A DNA stretch of 64,000 nt from Convolutriloba macropyga (Eukaryota): positions 76,508,001 to 76,572,000 of the forward strand of contig NC_134470.1 in assembly GCF_964194025.1 (NCBI RefSeq). Reading direction: 5' to 3'. Below, one piece after another: positions 49,335 through 60,741 of this stretch. The notes under the pieces were generated by a model. The model did no database searches, was not told the DNA's origin, and saw only the letters and a list, made by a program, of their open reading frames with translations. Positions within the stretch are counted from its first letter, which is position 1. Each line of letters starts with the position of its first letter. The position numbers and the translations under genes were made by a program.

Positions 49335-52007
49335 TTGTTCCGACCCTCTTGAGGGGGGAGGAACTATATACTCAACTGGGTTTTTTTTTGTTCCGTGAAT
49401 TTTCGCCGCTCGATATATTCATCGTAGAGAGTTGAGACTGGTATCATTAGAAAGCTCGTCCAGCGTAGAATATGGAATTAAAAAGATTTTTTTAATTTTC
49501 GTTTTCTACAGGGAGTTATAGAGGCTTAAACTTCTGAGAAAAGAAGAGTGAATTCACGTTGTTTTTATTCACATTTTCCGGAATTTTTGCCTAAATTTTC
49601 GTCAATTTTGCTAAAATTTGTTATAATTTTTAAGAATAGTGTCGTTGATTTTATTTTTGAAGACGAACAAGCATTTTTGATTGTTTTGATTTAATTTTTT
49701 GGTCAAAAAATCTGGATAAACATTTCAAAATTTAGCCTTTTTCATCAACAACAGCACGAAATAAGCTACTTTAGTCCACTTTGATTAAATTTGCCTACAG
49801 TACACCCCCAAACAACACTCATACAATCTTTGTAGACTCAGAGGGGGGCTATTTCTACTTCAGAGTCCGCAGAGAGTGCCTTGTAGTTAAAACTTTGCCG
49901 TTTTTTGCTAACTTTACTCGTTGATTATCAAAAATGCAAAATTTATTTTGAGTTTCAACTCAGAAATTATCTATATCTACAACATTCGAAAAATCAATTG
50001 TTCTTAACGGACAATAAGTATTAACAGGGGTAGTTTTGGGCCATTCTTGGACTGTTACAATCCAAAAAAAATCGGGTTGTAACCAGTCGGTCTTTTTTTT
50101 TAAAAAAAAAGACTTTTTTTAATAATAAAGAACAGAACATATCAAATCAAAGCTCAGGATTGATAGGTCCAACCAATTCGCTTGCTAAACAGCTCCAGGC
50201 TAATGCATTTAGTTTTTTAATTGAAAGTTTATGGTCGTTTCTTTTTTAAAAATAATTGACTTTTCAATAAATAATGGCTTAATTAACTTTTCCTCTATTT
50301 TTTTCTTAATTTGTTCAACTTCCAGCTTAGTGTCAGCAAAAAAAGACTGCTTCCTCTTTCTACTGAGTTAACATTTATTCTCGGTTGCAGTTTTAAGCCT
50401 GAAATTATTGTTTTCTGGCTTTGATACTACAAGATTTTAGATTTTTGTTTGTTTTGATATTTGCCAGTTTTTCACGTTTTCTAATTTTGTCACATTATCA
50501 CATTATTGACAGTTCTCATGTCACCTTATTAGCATTCAAATTAAAGCGCAATTGAACATATTAAAATCCTGAAAGATATAAATCATCGTTTTAATGGCCT
50601 CGACGCCTCTTTCTTGAAGAAATCAATTGAATTTTTTAATTTTGTCTTAACTGTCATTTATACTTTGTCGTTTCGGTCGTATGAAATTTCCTGTATAGTG
50701 ATAGCTTTCATTGGCTTTTCATGGAAGAATAGAAAAACCGATATTCTGATATTAGCAGATAGCTGATGGCTTTTATGACTTTCAAACCCATCGTTTTCCA
50801 AAATTAAAAAAAAAAACTTTTTTAACTTCGCAATTTTGTTTTTTTCATGTTTCTTTTTGTTAACTAATCTCGTTAGTTGATTACAGGTCAAATGTGACAT
50901 TATGGGTGTCAAGGGAATAAAAGGGACTGGTGTCCCAAAATCTTTTTTTTAAAGATTTTGTTATGACCTTACTGGCTTCGACGCCGCTTTTTCACAAAAA
51001 AAAATTAAATTAATTTGATTTTTGTCATATTTGACGTTCTTTTTGTAGATGCAAGAAATATTCTGGATAATTACAGGTCTCGAGGGTTTCCTTTTCATGA
51101 AAAAACGACGATATTTAAATAGCTCTTTTTGTAATTAATGCCTTTCATGACATTGAATGTAATTTTGTTTCGAAAAAAAAATTAAAAGTATTACATACTT
51201 TAGCACTTCGCTTTTTGTCTACTTGTTACCTATTCTTACTAATGAATGGCCACGTACTACATTATAGCTGTTTGAAGAAGGCGCAATCAAATATATTTTG
51301 AGTGCCAAAATTTGGCTTGACGGTTTTGACAGCGTTTTCTGGCAAGTTTCAATTGAAATTTTGTTTGTTCTTTGTTGTTCTTTTTAGCCGCTCTAAAAAA
51401 TGAATAAGGTCAGGTCCTAATGCCCTTCTATAGAAGCAGTGGTAATCGCAAATTTGTGGTAATTATAATTTATTCCTAATGGTATTTATTACTTTGAAGT
51501 TAATTGTTTCAAAAAAATAAGTTAATTTTTTTTACATTTCTGTTTTTGTTCTTTTTTGTATAATTGTTACCAAACCTTTTTATGGACTGGTCGCATATGT
51601 TTTCTGGTGATTTATAAGTTATTTTTGTTTAGTTTCAGGTTTATCTGACGGTATGTTGACTTGGTTATTAAATTCAGTTTTTAAGAGGGACATAAATTTT
51701 TTGATGTAATTAATGTTTGTTGTTGTTGTTGTTTGATTTTGCTGTTCGTTTTGACTCGCTTTCTTAATATTGACATATTACAGCAATCTAATGCATCAAT
51801 TTTTACTCCACTGAGTTATTTGTTTCGGAGGTTATCTTATCGTTCATACAGAATTTTTTGAAAAAGACTTGGGCTTTTTTGGGATTCGCAAAAAATAATT
51901 TTTGGGTTTTTCTATCTGTTCCTCATTTGGTAGACAATTATGCCAAAATTGTGGATGGGCGGGGTCGGAACCTTATGTGCCATTGCACATTACCGAGCCG
52001 CCTTGTT
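49335..52007 (+). mobile_element. HINE family C, ~2.67 kb, divergent subfamily
   Basis: 5' ttgttccgaccc with ccctc-tt-gaggg hairpin. 3' gggtcggaac, hairpin atgtgc-catt-gcacat, ending cttgtt. The first ~280 bp are the reverse complement of the ends of the 32208 and 36136 copies. Confidence 0.8.
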
Positions 52008-52276
52008 TATTCTGTGATTAGATATGCGATCGAAAATTCAAATTTAAGAAATTGTCTTTTGAAGTATTTATTTTGTTTTTCAGCAGGTGAAATAATTGTA
52101 CAGTGATTATCCAGGCAAAAAAGCTAAATAAATGATTATTCTTAAGAATTTAATTTTTTCAGATCCTTTTTGTTTTGTGAATTTGTACAGTTGCTTTAAT
52201 TAATATTCACGCGATGAGTTCTAAGTTCGAATTGTCAAATGCTGTTGTGTTCTGACTGGTTGAGGTGAGATTGAGG

Positions 52277-52384
52277 ATGTCGTTCCTTGATTATGACGAA
52301 GATTTGAACGTGAACGAGTTCTTTGTTCACCTCAAAGACGTCTGCACTCCCATTTTCAAAGATGCATCTACAAAACGATACACG
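52277..52384 (+). CDS. ANKRD27: ANKRD27/VARP (VPS9-ankyrin Rab GEF), coding exon 1
   Basis: MSFLDYDEDLNVNEFFVHLK matches the recalled MALYDEDLLKNPFYLALQ. Donor ACG|gtgaga, phase 0. Confidence 0.82.
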
Positions 52385-52545
52385 GTGAGATATTTAAGAA
52401 CTGTTTTCTCTAATTAAGAATTGATGATATGTGGAATTTGTAGCAGGGCTTCAAATAGAATTTGAATGACAAAGTAATAAAAAATATGCTCAAGGTGTAA
52501 TCATGTAGTATCCGCCTTCATTTATGCAATTTGTGTATGAGATTT

Positions 52546-52870
52546 TTAATTGCTCTTGAACGAAGTGCATAGCAATTATTGTAAACCTGTTGGTATTTTT
52601 TATGCAAATTTTCGCTTTTCCGTTTTGGCGCTTTTGTTCTAGAACATTCATTGACTTCTCAAGTGACTTTTTCACGCTTTCGTTCTTCATTTTTGAGTGA
52701 TCTGTATTGCTCTCACTCCGAAGTAAAGGTTGTTGCTAATATAGAATCGGTTGCAGCATAGCAAAAAAGATGGACCTGATAGCCGAGTGGGTTGAATTCT
52801 GGCGGGGTCAAATGTTTTTCTACCCGCCTGTCGTTCGAGAGCAATTCTTCCGACATTTGTTGGTATATTT
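52546..52870 (+). mobile_element. HINE family B with an internally deleted Pol III cassette
   Basis: Both subTIRs are present. A box tagccgagtgg is joined directly to a degenerate B-box remnant (gttgaattc). Confidence 0.8.
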
Positions 52871-53178
52871 TTTAAAATCAAACTTCAAAAACTTTCCACT
52901 CATTTAACGTTAATCTCCTTCTCAAAGACGAACCAAAGTTTGAATTAGCCGCCCAGTCCCGTCTAGCGGGAAAGGCTTGTTTTCGCCAGGTCCCTTGGTC
53001 AAAAAATTATTGCTATGTCAGTTTCTCCTTGACGTTGTTTCACTTTTATAGTTTCCGGTGTGATGGTTATCTTTTCTGAGAAATGTTCCAAAAAATCTTG
53101 TCAGTTGTTCCAAAAAAAGTTCCAAAAAAACTTGGGACAATTCCGAGGGTTTGAGTATTCCGAGGGTGGCATGTTTAG

Positions 53179-53307
53179 ATTTGTGTGCCTCGACAGGGAA
53201 GCTTTGATGTGAAGGCACTCACTCCTGAAATAGTGTCCACCCATATACTCAAGACACGTTTAGACCATCACGATATCAGAGCATCCATCAACACATACAG
53301 TGGAAAG
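53179..53307 (+). CDS. ANKRD27: ANKRD27 coding exon 2 (GC donor)
   Basis: ICVPRQGS...THIL...NTYSGK matches the recalled VLVPCKGS...SYIL...QTLNGK. Acceptor tttag and donor AAG|gctagt. Confidence 0.8.
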
Positions 53308-53613
53308 GCTAGTAGATATAAATATAAAGGCTAGTAGTTATAAAGTTTATCAATAATAAAATCAGTAGTCTATTAGGTGAAATTAGACAATTTTTCAAAT
53401 AATTTAATTTTGAAATAATAACATTTTGCAATTTATTTCCAGTGAAGTTGGGACAGCCCTGAATACTCAAATATTCATCCAAAATGAAGTTAAAAAAATT
53501 TTTAGTTGTAAAAATTAGTTTTAAATAGTTTTAAATACATCCTTAATTCATCCAATATTTTGAAAAATTGATGGTTTTTCTTCGGTTGACTTAAAAGATT
53601 CGTTGCTTTTTAG

Positions 53614-53673
53614 GAAGTGAAGCTATCAAATGGAAATCTGGAAACTATCTCTGGATTCGAACACGACAGAAAA
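53614..53673 (+). CDS. ANKRD27: ANKRD27 coding exon 3
   Basis: EVKLSNGNLETISGFEHDRK corresponds to DVFIQGNRIKLGAGF. tttttag acceptor and gtgagt donor, 60 nt. Confidence 0.78.
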
Positions 53674-53967
53674 GTGAGTGTAATAGAACGTCTGTTCTTG
53701 GAGGACGCCTATTGAACGGTTTTGGGTATAAATCTGAAATCGATTTCTGGCTCTGCTTCAAAAACCAAAACCTTCGATATCTTAGCAAATACACTTCAGA
53801 GTGTAAAAGCAGAAATTTGGGCCAAAAATAGAAAAAAAACAACGTATAATCTCGAAAAAATTACCTAAAATTCATAATGAAACCATATGAACGCGCTGTC
53901 GTTTTGCAAATTTCAAACATGATCACAAGTAAAAATACGATGACTGAAAAGATTTGATTTACACCAG

Positions 53968-54142
53968 GTGAAAGTGTTGTTCGAAGAAGACTATGTGAAC
54001 GAAGCAGACCACAGCTACAAAGTCTTATGCATCGATCGGCCGCTAGAGGGCGACAGTTGGTCTCACGTAGTCAATGGCGAACTGTTCACACAGAGACTCA
54101 CAACTCAAGAACAGTGCATGGACTTCTTGTGGTCATCCAATA
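53968..54142 (+). CDS. ANKRD27: ANKRD27 coding exon 4
   Basis: VKVLFEEDYVNEADHSYKVLCIDRPLE matches the recalled [27 protein letters not shown]. accag acceptor and A|gtaagt donor. Confidence 0.88.
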
Positions 54143-54156
54143 GTAAGTTTAATCTT

Positions 54157-54880
54157 CGATATCTGTTAAGAGACTTCGATTATTTGAAAAACAATATGCT
54201 GTTAGAAGTTTGAATGAGTCGGGTTGTTGAGTTTTCTGCTGCACTTGAATCTCGTCGTGTTCTATCAGCTTGCAGGCTTTGCTCAATTTTAATAGCCGTG
54301 AAGCGATAGCGGGAGATTATTGGTATCATCGTGGTTTTCACAACTCGAAGAGGAGTATTGGTTTCTTAAGGTTTTTTTTTAACGGAAGTACTATTCGTTC
54401 AGACGATGTTATGACCTAAAAGCAAAAGTGAGTAAAATTGCCGAGTGAACTAATTTTTTCTGAGCGAGAGAAGTTTTTCGATCATGTGCTGCGTTTAGTG
54501 AATGACTTTTTGACTTTAAAAGTATTTTTTGACGAAATGGCACATATAGGTAACCCTTTTTAGCCGTTTTTTCGTCAAAGTGGCCCAGTTTTTTTGCTTG
54601 TAATTTGGTTTTTTGTAGAAATAATTTTTATTCAATGCTATATTGAGATACCACAGTAAGCTTTGATGTAAAGCGATATCTATTAAGGGACAGTAAGCGA
54701 TATCTATTAAGGGAGTTCGATTATTTGACAAACAATATGCTGATAGAAGTTTGAATAAGTCGGATTGTTGAGTTTTCTGCTGCACTTGAATCTCGTTGTG
54801 TTCTATCAGCTTGCAGGCTTTGCTCAATTTTAATAGCCGTGAAGCGATAGTGGGGAGATTATTGGTATCATTGTGGGTTT
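54157..54880. repeat. Direct duplication of ~180 bp (54157-54340 and 54697-54880), each ending in a HINE-A 5' terminus
   Basis: Two closely similar copies 540 bp apart. Both contain ttaatagccgtgaagcgatag...gattattgg. Confidence 0.85.
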
Positions 54881-55449
54881 TTTTTGTTGAAGTTATCATC
54901 CTCAACTTTTTACGACACAGTGATCACGAGCAAACAAGTCAAAGAGCAACTTTTTGGGTAACTTTAACCCTGGACAACTGAATCTTTGTGCATCACGTCA
55001 ATTTTTACTCTCCTGGTATGTATTATTGATGACTTACCTCACTCAAGGAGGTCTAGCAAGCTAAACATTTATAAGACATTTTTACTTGAAAGACGTAAGT
55101 GTTTGAAATTTGATTTGAAATTAAGGATATAATTTGAAATCAGTATTAAATTTTTTTCCATAGTGGATTTACACATGCTCTGGTGTTATGCTCTATGATC
55201 AAGTGATTTTTTGTTGAAAAATGTAAATTCTGTCATAATATAAGGCTATTTGAGAGCTGTAAATTGATGCTGAGGATGTTCTGATTTTATGTGTTGTTTA
55301 AATTTGTTGACATTTATTGGACTTTTTGGCTAAATATGCGCTAGGTAGACTCAGTGACTGTCTGTTTTTCCAATTGTAGCTAAAATTTTCCTGTGCAAAA
55401 CCTGACTTACAATATAAATAAATTTGGAGGGCTCTCAATTTTTGAACGA

Positions 55450-55900
55450 TGTATATTGAGAGTGAAGGCTTCGTGCTAAATAAGCCGTTTTAAGGACTCA
55501 CTGGTCGGTTATTAAATTTTCCGGTCGTCTTTTGAAGAGTTTACCTATCTATAGTTTCTGGCTGTTTAATTCATTGAATGGCAAAATTGTAACATACTAT
55601 TTTGATATAAATTTATCTGCGTTTAAGAGGTCTTGTGCAGTGTCGTCAGCTATTTTTCGTACTAATTAGATTCCTTTCATAATTTTTACACAGACAAGTT
55701 AGTCATGTTCTGCTGGAATTTCCATTGGTATTAATGATATCTATGATATCTAAAGAACTTCATCGTAAGAAAATATTCATCAAAATGTCCTCAAAAATTT
55801 TTTCGACCTGTTCTTTTATGGCTGATAGTAGCGTGATGCGAGGAGTCACTTTATTGCGTTGGAATTGATTTTATTCATCCTGAAAGCAAGCAGTTGCCTT
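55450..55900 (-). pseudogene. Possible decayed LINE RT fragment
   Basis: Minus-strand IADDTA trace (YADDT-like) at ~55637-55654. Other motifs are weak. Confidence 0.25.
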
Positions 55901-57465
55901 ATTTTTAGTGAGGGTACGGTAGAGAGAACAAGAAGTCGGAGTATTTGAAAATCGTAGTAGATTGCAGTGTTGGGGATTTTTTTTTAAAATCGCTTGTATG
56001 AGATACTTATCGAAATGTTAAATTACGTTTTCATTTCAGTTTTGATACTGATTAATGCAATTTAAAAACATAGTTTTGCTCGGCTTGCCGCTAGTGAAAG
56101 TGGCAGACGTATTAAAATATATAAATTTTATTGCTGGTCAATCCGAATTTAGAAAATGTTGGTACTTTTTTCTGATTGACTGTTTGGTCCTCAGTGCACT
56201 TAACAAATTTTCTATGCTTTATAATACGAATTGAACATAAACTTAAACATGGTCAGAAATCACGTTAACCCGAAAAAGAAAATGTTTTCTGGGGGATACT
56301 GATATCACATTGGGTTGTGATTGAATCTTATTAAGTCCCATGGGCCGCTGAGACAATTTCATGACCAGTAAGGCATGACGACTTGATGTAGAATCGAGAA
56401 TTAGGCTATGTCGAACTTAGATTCATTAAACGCTCAAGTTGCAGTGTTTCGCATCAGATTCGACCAAAAGGATTTGTTGAAGATTCAGTATTTTGGTACA
56501 TTTATTTGTTGAGGCGTCAACAGAAGATCTGCTATTGAAGGTTGTTTAAAGAGAACAGGCATTTTGAAACTGGGAGATTATAGAGGGGGCGAGGAATAAA
56601 ATAGATCCAATAATTATGTTTGCTCAAAGATTCTCGATGCAGCTATATCTCAGCTATTAAGTCAAGTGAAATTAAGAACGAATGTATTTACATTACGTTA
56701 GGTTTATACTTTATGTTAGGCTATCTTAATGCGTGTTTAGATTGTGATTCTTCTCTGTTATTGCTGCCATCCGTACGTTTTATGTAACCCCAGTTACTGA
56801 ACACGTAGCATTACATAGTAAATCATGCAAAAATATAACACATACTTTTGAGGGTTGCGAACTGTATGCACCCACTAAGACCCGAATGTTGATCTCTACT
56901 AATTTATGAATTACTATAAAATGGCGCGTGCTCCGTAACGGGGGTGCATAACGTATTGGGGAGCACAAACAGAAAAGATCCAATATATTTGTAGCCGTTA
57001 GTCTGAACAGGTCATTCTTCGCCTACGTTAGACCTCTAATGATGGAAAGTATTTTTAACTATAACACTACTCAATCTTTTCAGAGTTTTCTGGGATCTTT
57101 TCCGTTTGTGCCCCCCCCCCCTCCCCCTGTACGTTATGCAACCCCCAATTACTCATCACGTGGCATTACATATTAAACCCGGATGTTGGTCTCTTCCTCT
57201 CCGAAAATTTGTGAAGCGATACAGTTGTCAGTTTGAAAAGAACTCTTCTCTTCCTCAAAAGTTACAAATTCTTTTTAAAGTCATTTGAGACGTCCGAATT
57301 CTTAGATGGTTTAAGCTGTTTAATTGGTCATTTTTTTGCTCAACTTATTTTAGTTTGTATTTTTTTCGTGGCTTTTTTTACTGAAGGACCATTTGGTAAC
57401 ACAGCAAACTATAAGGTGCTCAGAGATCAAAATTTTGTCTCATTTTTAAGTCTTTTTAATGGCTT

Positions 57466-57853
57466 TTAAGTTCGAAGCAATTGTTGTAAACGTGTTGGGT
57501 TTTTTAATGCAAATCTTTTTGCTTGACCGTTTTTGCGCTTTTCTAGAACATTCGCTGACTTCTCAAGTGACTTTTTCACGCTTTCGTTCTTCATTTTTGA
57601 GTGATCTCTATTGTTCTCACTCCGAAGTAAAGCTTGTTGTAAAATAAAATCAATTGCAACATAGCAAAAGAAGGGCCTGATAGCCAAGTGGGCAGGGTTT
57701 CTGGTCAGGGAGCGGGAGTTGAATGGTTCGAATCCCGGTGTGGTAAACTGTTTTTGCATCCATAAGAAAAAATTATCTAGACTACAGCCCCTGAATTAAA
57801 TTGCATCGCCTGTCGTTCAAGAGCAATTTTTCCGACATTAGTCGGTCTATGTT
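57466..57853 (+). mobile_element. HINE family B with Pol III cassette
   Basis: A box TAGCCAAGTGG (57681), B box GGTTCGAATCC (57725), T5 run at ~57751. 3' gtcgttcaagagcaatt plus ccgac-atta-gtcgg. Confidence 0.8.
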
Positions 57854-58169
57854 AAATGTAGTTATCACATCGGAAATTTCGATACGCTTCCCAATTTTCC
57901 TCCAATCAATATAGTTATACGCCTCCAAATTTTCCTCCAATCAGTATATATTATAGGTATTACATCAGAAATTTCCATACGCCTCCAAATTTTCCTCCAA
58001 TCTATAATGAACCTAACTTGCCTAATATTTAGATAATTTTATCGAAGAACTTAAAGTTTTTGTTTCAATAACTACTACTCGAGTTCAATTCGGTTGAGTT
58101 TGGTTAGCAAGCTGTCTCAATTTTTTCAGCATAATGCATGTTTTGTTAAGATCTCGTGGTTTATTTTAG

Positions 58170-58375
58170 GGAAGTCGCGTATAAAGCGCAAGATAGACTT
58201 GCTAGTGTCTCCCGTGATTAACACCATCTCGGATGCGAAGAGCTCCGACGAGGTGTTGAGCAGTTGTCGAGGTCTCTATGGACAGGCATTGGGTCTGTTG
58301 AGGAACCATCCGTACTACAGGAAGAACTGCAGGGAGAACTACTACTTCGCAGAGGCAGTTCAACTCTCACTCGAA
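58170..58375 (+). CDS. ANKRD27: ANKRD27 coding exon 5
   Basis: SSCRGLYGQALGLLRNHPYY...AVQLSLE corresponds to DSANALYTKCLQQLLRDSHL...LMKQAVE. ttttag acceptor (phase 1) and gtaagg donor (phase 0). Confidence 0.85.
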
Positions 58376-58647
58376 GTAAGGATCGATAATCGGATCATAA
58401 ATCGAGTTATTTATTGTTCTCAAACAAAGTTTATATCAGTTATATTAGTCCTGTGGACCGATTTTTCGTATGGACCTTTTGACTTTTTCGTCCTCAAAAA
58501 CGGGGTAAACAGGTAGCGCCCAAAGGGCATTAAGTTCTCTTAGGGCTTTTCGACTTCGTAGATTCAACGGTCTGTGATTCAGCGGTCGGTTGTTTAAAAT
58601 CCGCGAAGCAATAACGCGGCTATTATTGGTCTTATCGCGGTCTTTTA

Positions 58648-59523
58648 TTAATAGCCTCACAGCGAGAGCTGGGGCTATTATTGGCCTTCTGGTGATTTTT
58701 TTTTTACAATTCAAAGAATTCGAATTGTATTAGGGCGCTGTCTTTTTTTAGATCTGTTCACACATTTTCATGATTTTTGAAGTCAAATTGGAGTAGTGAT
58801 TTTGGTCACGCCGAAACAGGAAGTGGAGCGAAAAAGCGAGTGGTTTTGCGGCGTGGATTTTTTTCGCTCCAAGTTTAAAGTTTTGACATTTTAAAATGGT
58901 TTTCCCAATTCACTCATTGTCCGTTCTAGGTCTAATTTGTTCAGTCAAGGAAAATTGTTTGAATTGTACGTCAGGACTTCTCTTGCTATGTTTTTTTATT
59001 TCGCCGTCAAGATCTTTGTTACGATCATTTGACCTCACAACCACTTCAAATCTGCTTTTTATTCATTCCTTCATGCGATTTCAACGCAAGTGCGTGCGTG
59101 ACGGCATTTTTTGCTCTTAGGTGAGCGCGTTTTTTTGTTCATTCACGTGATTATTTTTTGGTCGCACTTGACTTCCTCACTTTGAAATTGATTTTTATTT
59201 ACTTNNNNNNNNNNNNNNNNNNNNNNNNNNNNNNNNNNNNNNNNNNNNNNNNNNNNNNNNNNNNNNNNNNNNNNNNNNNNNNNNNNNNNNNNNNNNNNNN
59301 NNNNNNNNNNNNNNNNNNNNNNNNNNNNNNNNNNNNNNNNNNNNNNNNNNTGAGAGCAGCTAATAGGGGCGGCAAAAACTTTACAGATTCTTAATCAAAA
59401 TATAACATATCAGCCTTCAATGAAAAGAGGAATTTTTTGGTCTGTCTATTCACTGTTTTTTTTTGAGACTGAGGATCTACGAAGCTATTGCGGCTATTTT
59501 CTGGCAATCTGCCAGCTTTGTTT
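58648..59523 (+). mobile_element. HINE family A, spanning the assembly gap
   Basis: 5' ttaatagcctcacagcgagagctggggctatt. 3' gcggctattttctggcaatctgccagctttgtt. The 3' part is colinear with 26290-26725. Confidence 0.8.
59205..59350. other. Assembly gap (N run)
   Basis: 146 N characters. Confidence 0.99.
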
Positions 59524-60450
59524 TAATTAGTGGTTTTCCTCGATTTTTTTACGACAAATTGATCACGTGCAAAGAAGTCTAAGAGACTTTGGATTTATTC
59601 TGTCTCCCCCCCCCGCAAAATGGGCTTATATTTTTTACGCCCACAGGCACACGTGCTATTTTACATAGTACCGTGCTATATAACAACATATAATTTGTAA
59701 CTGGGTGGCGTCAAAAACACTCGGGTTGTCAAAACAGAATAGATCGGAGACTTTTCCGGTGATCCTTATCTACCACTCAGCAGTTGACTTTGGTCTTTTC
59801 CATTGTACCCCCATTATGATTGAAGGTGGCTATACGGTATATGACCGGGGGGCTATACGTTCATTGTGTGCGTGACGTCATTTTCTACTCTTTCGTTTGA
59901 CTTGGCCAGCTGGCTACTGTACTGGCCTGCTATTAAATCTAAATTGAGAATTATAACTGAATTAAAACACTCATGTGCACATTTTAAAATGCTGAAAGTC
60001 TGCAGTGCCAGAAGTTAAAATGCCAGAATTTTACTACTTAGCCAGAAGTTGACTTTCGTCATTTTAAAACGTGCGCGTTTCGTATCTTAAACATGTTTAA
60101 GGGACTCTGCATAAGTCACTTCGAATTTCTGAGCTTATATTTTGAACTGCATCGCGGTTCTCGGTAAACGCCAGAAGTTCTCAGTGATTGCAGGCAAAGT
60201 CACTTAACCATTACTTCAGAAGGCTGCACAGCCTGAAAAACATCCGTTTCTTAAAATAGAATTTGAAATTAGAAGCTCGATTTTTAATCCCACTACTTGT
60301 CTGTGGCCTTGCTTGTTTTTCAACTAGAGGGTAACAATAGACTATTTCGCGGCTATCGTCCAGCAAGTTGTCACTTGAAACCGAGTATATTAAATTCGTG
60401 AAAATATAAGTCCAACAAAATTTTAGATTACGCTTTCCAATTAAAAAATG

Positions 60451-60597
60451 GGATCTTTTCCATTTTGCGTGCGTTATGCACCCCCTATTACGAAGCAGGT
60501 GTCAGTAGTAAATCATCATGTAAAAATATGCACGTGCTTCTGCCGGGTGCAAATAATATGCACCCACTAAGCGTGGGCGCACAAATGGAAAATATCC
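60451..60597. mobile_element. MITE of the GGATCTTTTCC-TIR family
   Basis: ggatcttttccatttt / aaatggaaaatatcc, flanked by aaaaatg on both sides. Confidence 0.65.
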
Positions 60598-60741
60598 AAA
60601 AATGAAACATGAATAACGCGCGTTCGTTGGCCCGGGTAATACTGGCTTTTCAAACTAATTGAACATCTTGAATTATGAGTATTGGCGCAGAAGCAGAGAT
60701 CTTGCTTTATTTTTTCCTGGTCAGTATAGATGTCAATTTTT

